A stretch of 64,000 nucleotides of DNA from Eledone cirrhosa. Lineage: Eukaryota. Each line of letters opens with the position of its first letter. Position 1 is the first letter of the stretch. Under the pieces are notes generated by a model. It was not told the origin of the DNA. It saw only the letters and a program-made list of their open reading frames with translations, and searched no databases. A program made the position numbers and the translations under genes. Location: positions 37,014,001 through 37,078,000 of the forward strand of contig OZ024742.1 of NCBI GenBank assembly GCA_964016885.1. Reading direction: 5' to 3'. Positions 63,101 through 64,000 of this stretch are shown one piece after another.

Positions 63101-64000
63101 AGTACTGAGGCATTGTAGCGTGTTAACATTGTAGTACTGAGACATTGGAGTGGGTTAACATTGTAGTACTGAGGTATTGTAGGGGGTTAACATTGCAGTA
63201 CTGAGACATTGTAGTGTGTTAACTTTGTAGTACTGAGGTATTGTAGTGGGTTAACATTGCAGTACTGAGGCATTGTTGTGTGTTAACATTTCAGTACTGA
63301 GGCATTGTAGTGGGCTAACATTGTAGTACTGAGGCATTGTAGTGGTCTAACATTGCAGTATTGAGGCATTGTAGTGGGTTAACATTGTAGTACTGAGGCA
63401 TTGTAGTGGGTTAACATTATAGTACTGGGCATTGTAGTGTGTTAACATTGCAGTACTGAGGCATTGAAATGGGATAACATTGCAGTACTGAGATATTGTA
63501 GTGTGTTAACATTGCAGTACTGAGGCATTGTAGTGGGTTAACATTGTAGTGTGTTAACGTTGTAGTACTGAGGCATTGTAGTTGGTTAACATTGCAGTAC
63601 TGACGCATTGAAATGGGCTAACATTGAAGTACTGAGACATTGTAGTGGGTTAACATTGCAGTACAGAGACATTGTAGTGCGTTAAAATTGCAGTACTGAG
63701 GCATTGTAGTGAGTTAACATTGTAGTACTGAGGTATTGTAGTGTGTTAACATTGTAGTACTGAGATATTGTAGTGGGTTAACATTGCAGTACTGAGGCAT
63801 TGTAGTGGGCTAACATTGAAGTACTGAGACGTTGTAGTGGGTTAACATTGCAGTACAGAGACATTGTAGTGCGTTAAAATTGCAGTACTGAGGCATTGTA
63901 GTGAGTTAACATTGTAGTACTGAGGTATTGTAGCGTGTTAACATTGTAGTACTGAGATATTGTAGTGGGTTAACATTGCAGTACTGAGGCATTGTAGTGG
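60112..64000 (+). repeat. 32-bp intronic satellite (GGGTTAACATTGCAGTACTGAGGCA[C/T]TGTAGT)n
   Basis: About 120 tandem units running to the window end. Confidence 0.97.

Noticed and set aside
60112-64000. CRISPR-like 32-bp periodicity and associated ORFs
   Set aside because: Head-to-tail units without unique spacers, no cas genes, eukaryotic context; the ORFs are repeat translations

Overview
Eukaryotic, AT-rich, repeat-dense animal DNA. The SINE/RTE repertoire, (TA)n and (TACA)n microsatellites and C2H2 remnant suggest a mollusc, probably octopus/cephalopod (inference). Two spliced + strand genes were reconstructed by hand. (1) A complete LEPROT/LEPROTL1 (VPS55/endospanin) gene, 14390-22017. 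Its reading frame only closes if a single-nucleotide exon (C at 18163, context TTTAG|C|GTGAGT) is included, which restores the conserved Ala6 and a 131-aa protein. (2) The 5' nine coding exons of a CCDC178-like coiled-coil gene (32617 to beyond 60082), preceded by tandem RFX X-boxes. Mobile DNA includes a young full-length Ty3/Gypsy element, a full-length L1/Tx1 LINE in (ATT)n, Penelope-like fragments, several hammerhead-ribozyme motifs (some in fold-back pairs, some U3-A8 variants), RTE, CRE, CR1, REL-type and mariner remnants, a Merlin-like MITE built around a Tx1 3' end, piggyBac-like MITEs, tRNA-derived SINEs and 22-, 42- and 32-bp tandem repeats. All calls come from reading the sequence and from recalled family motifs; no searches were run.
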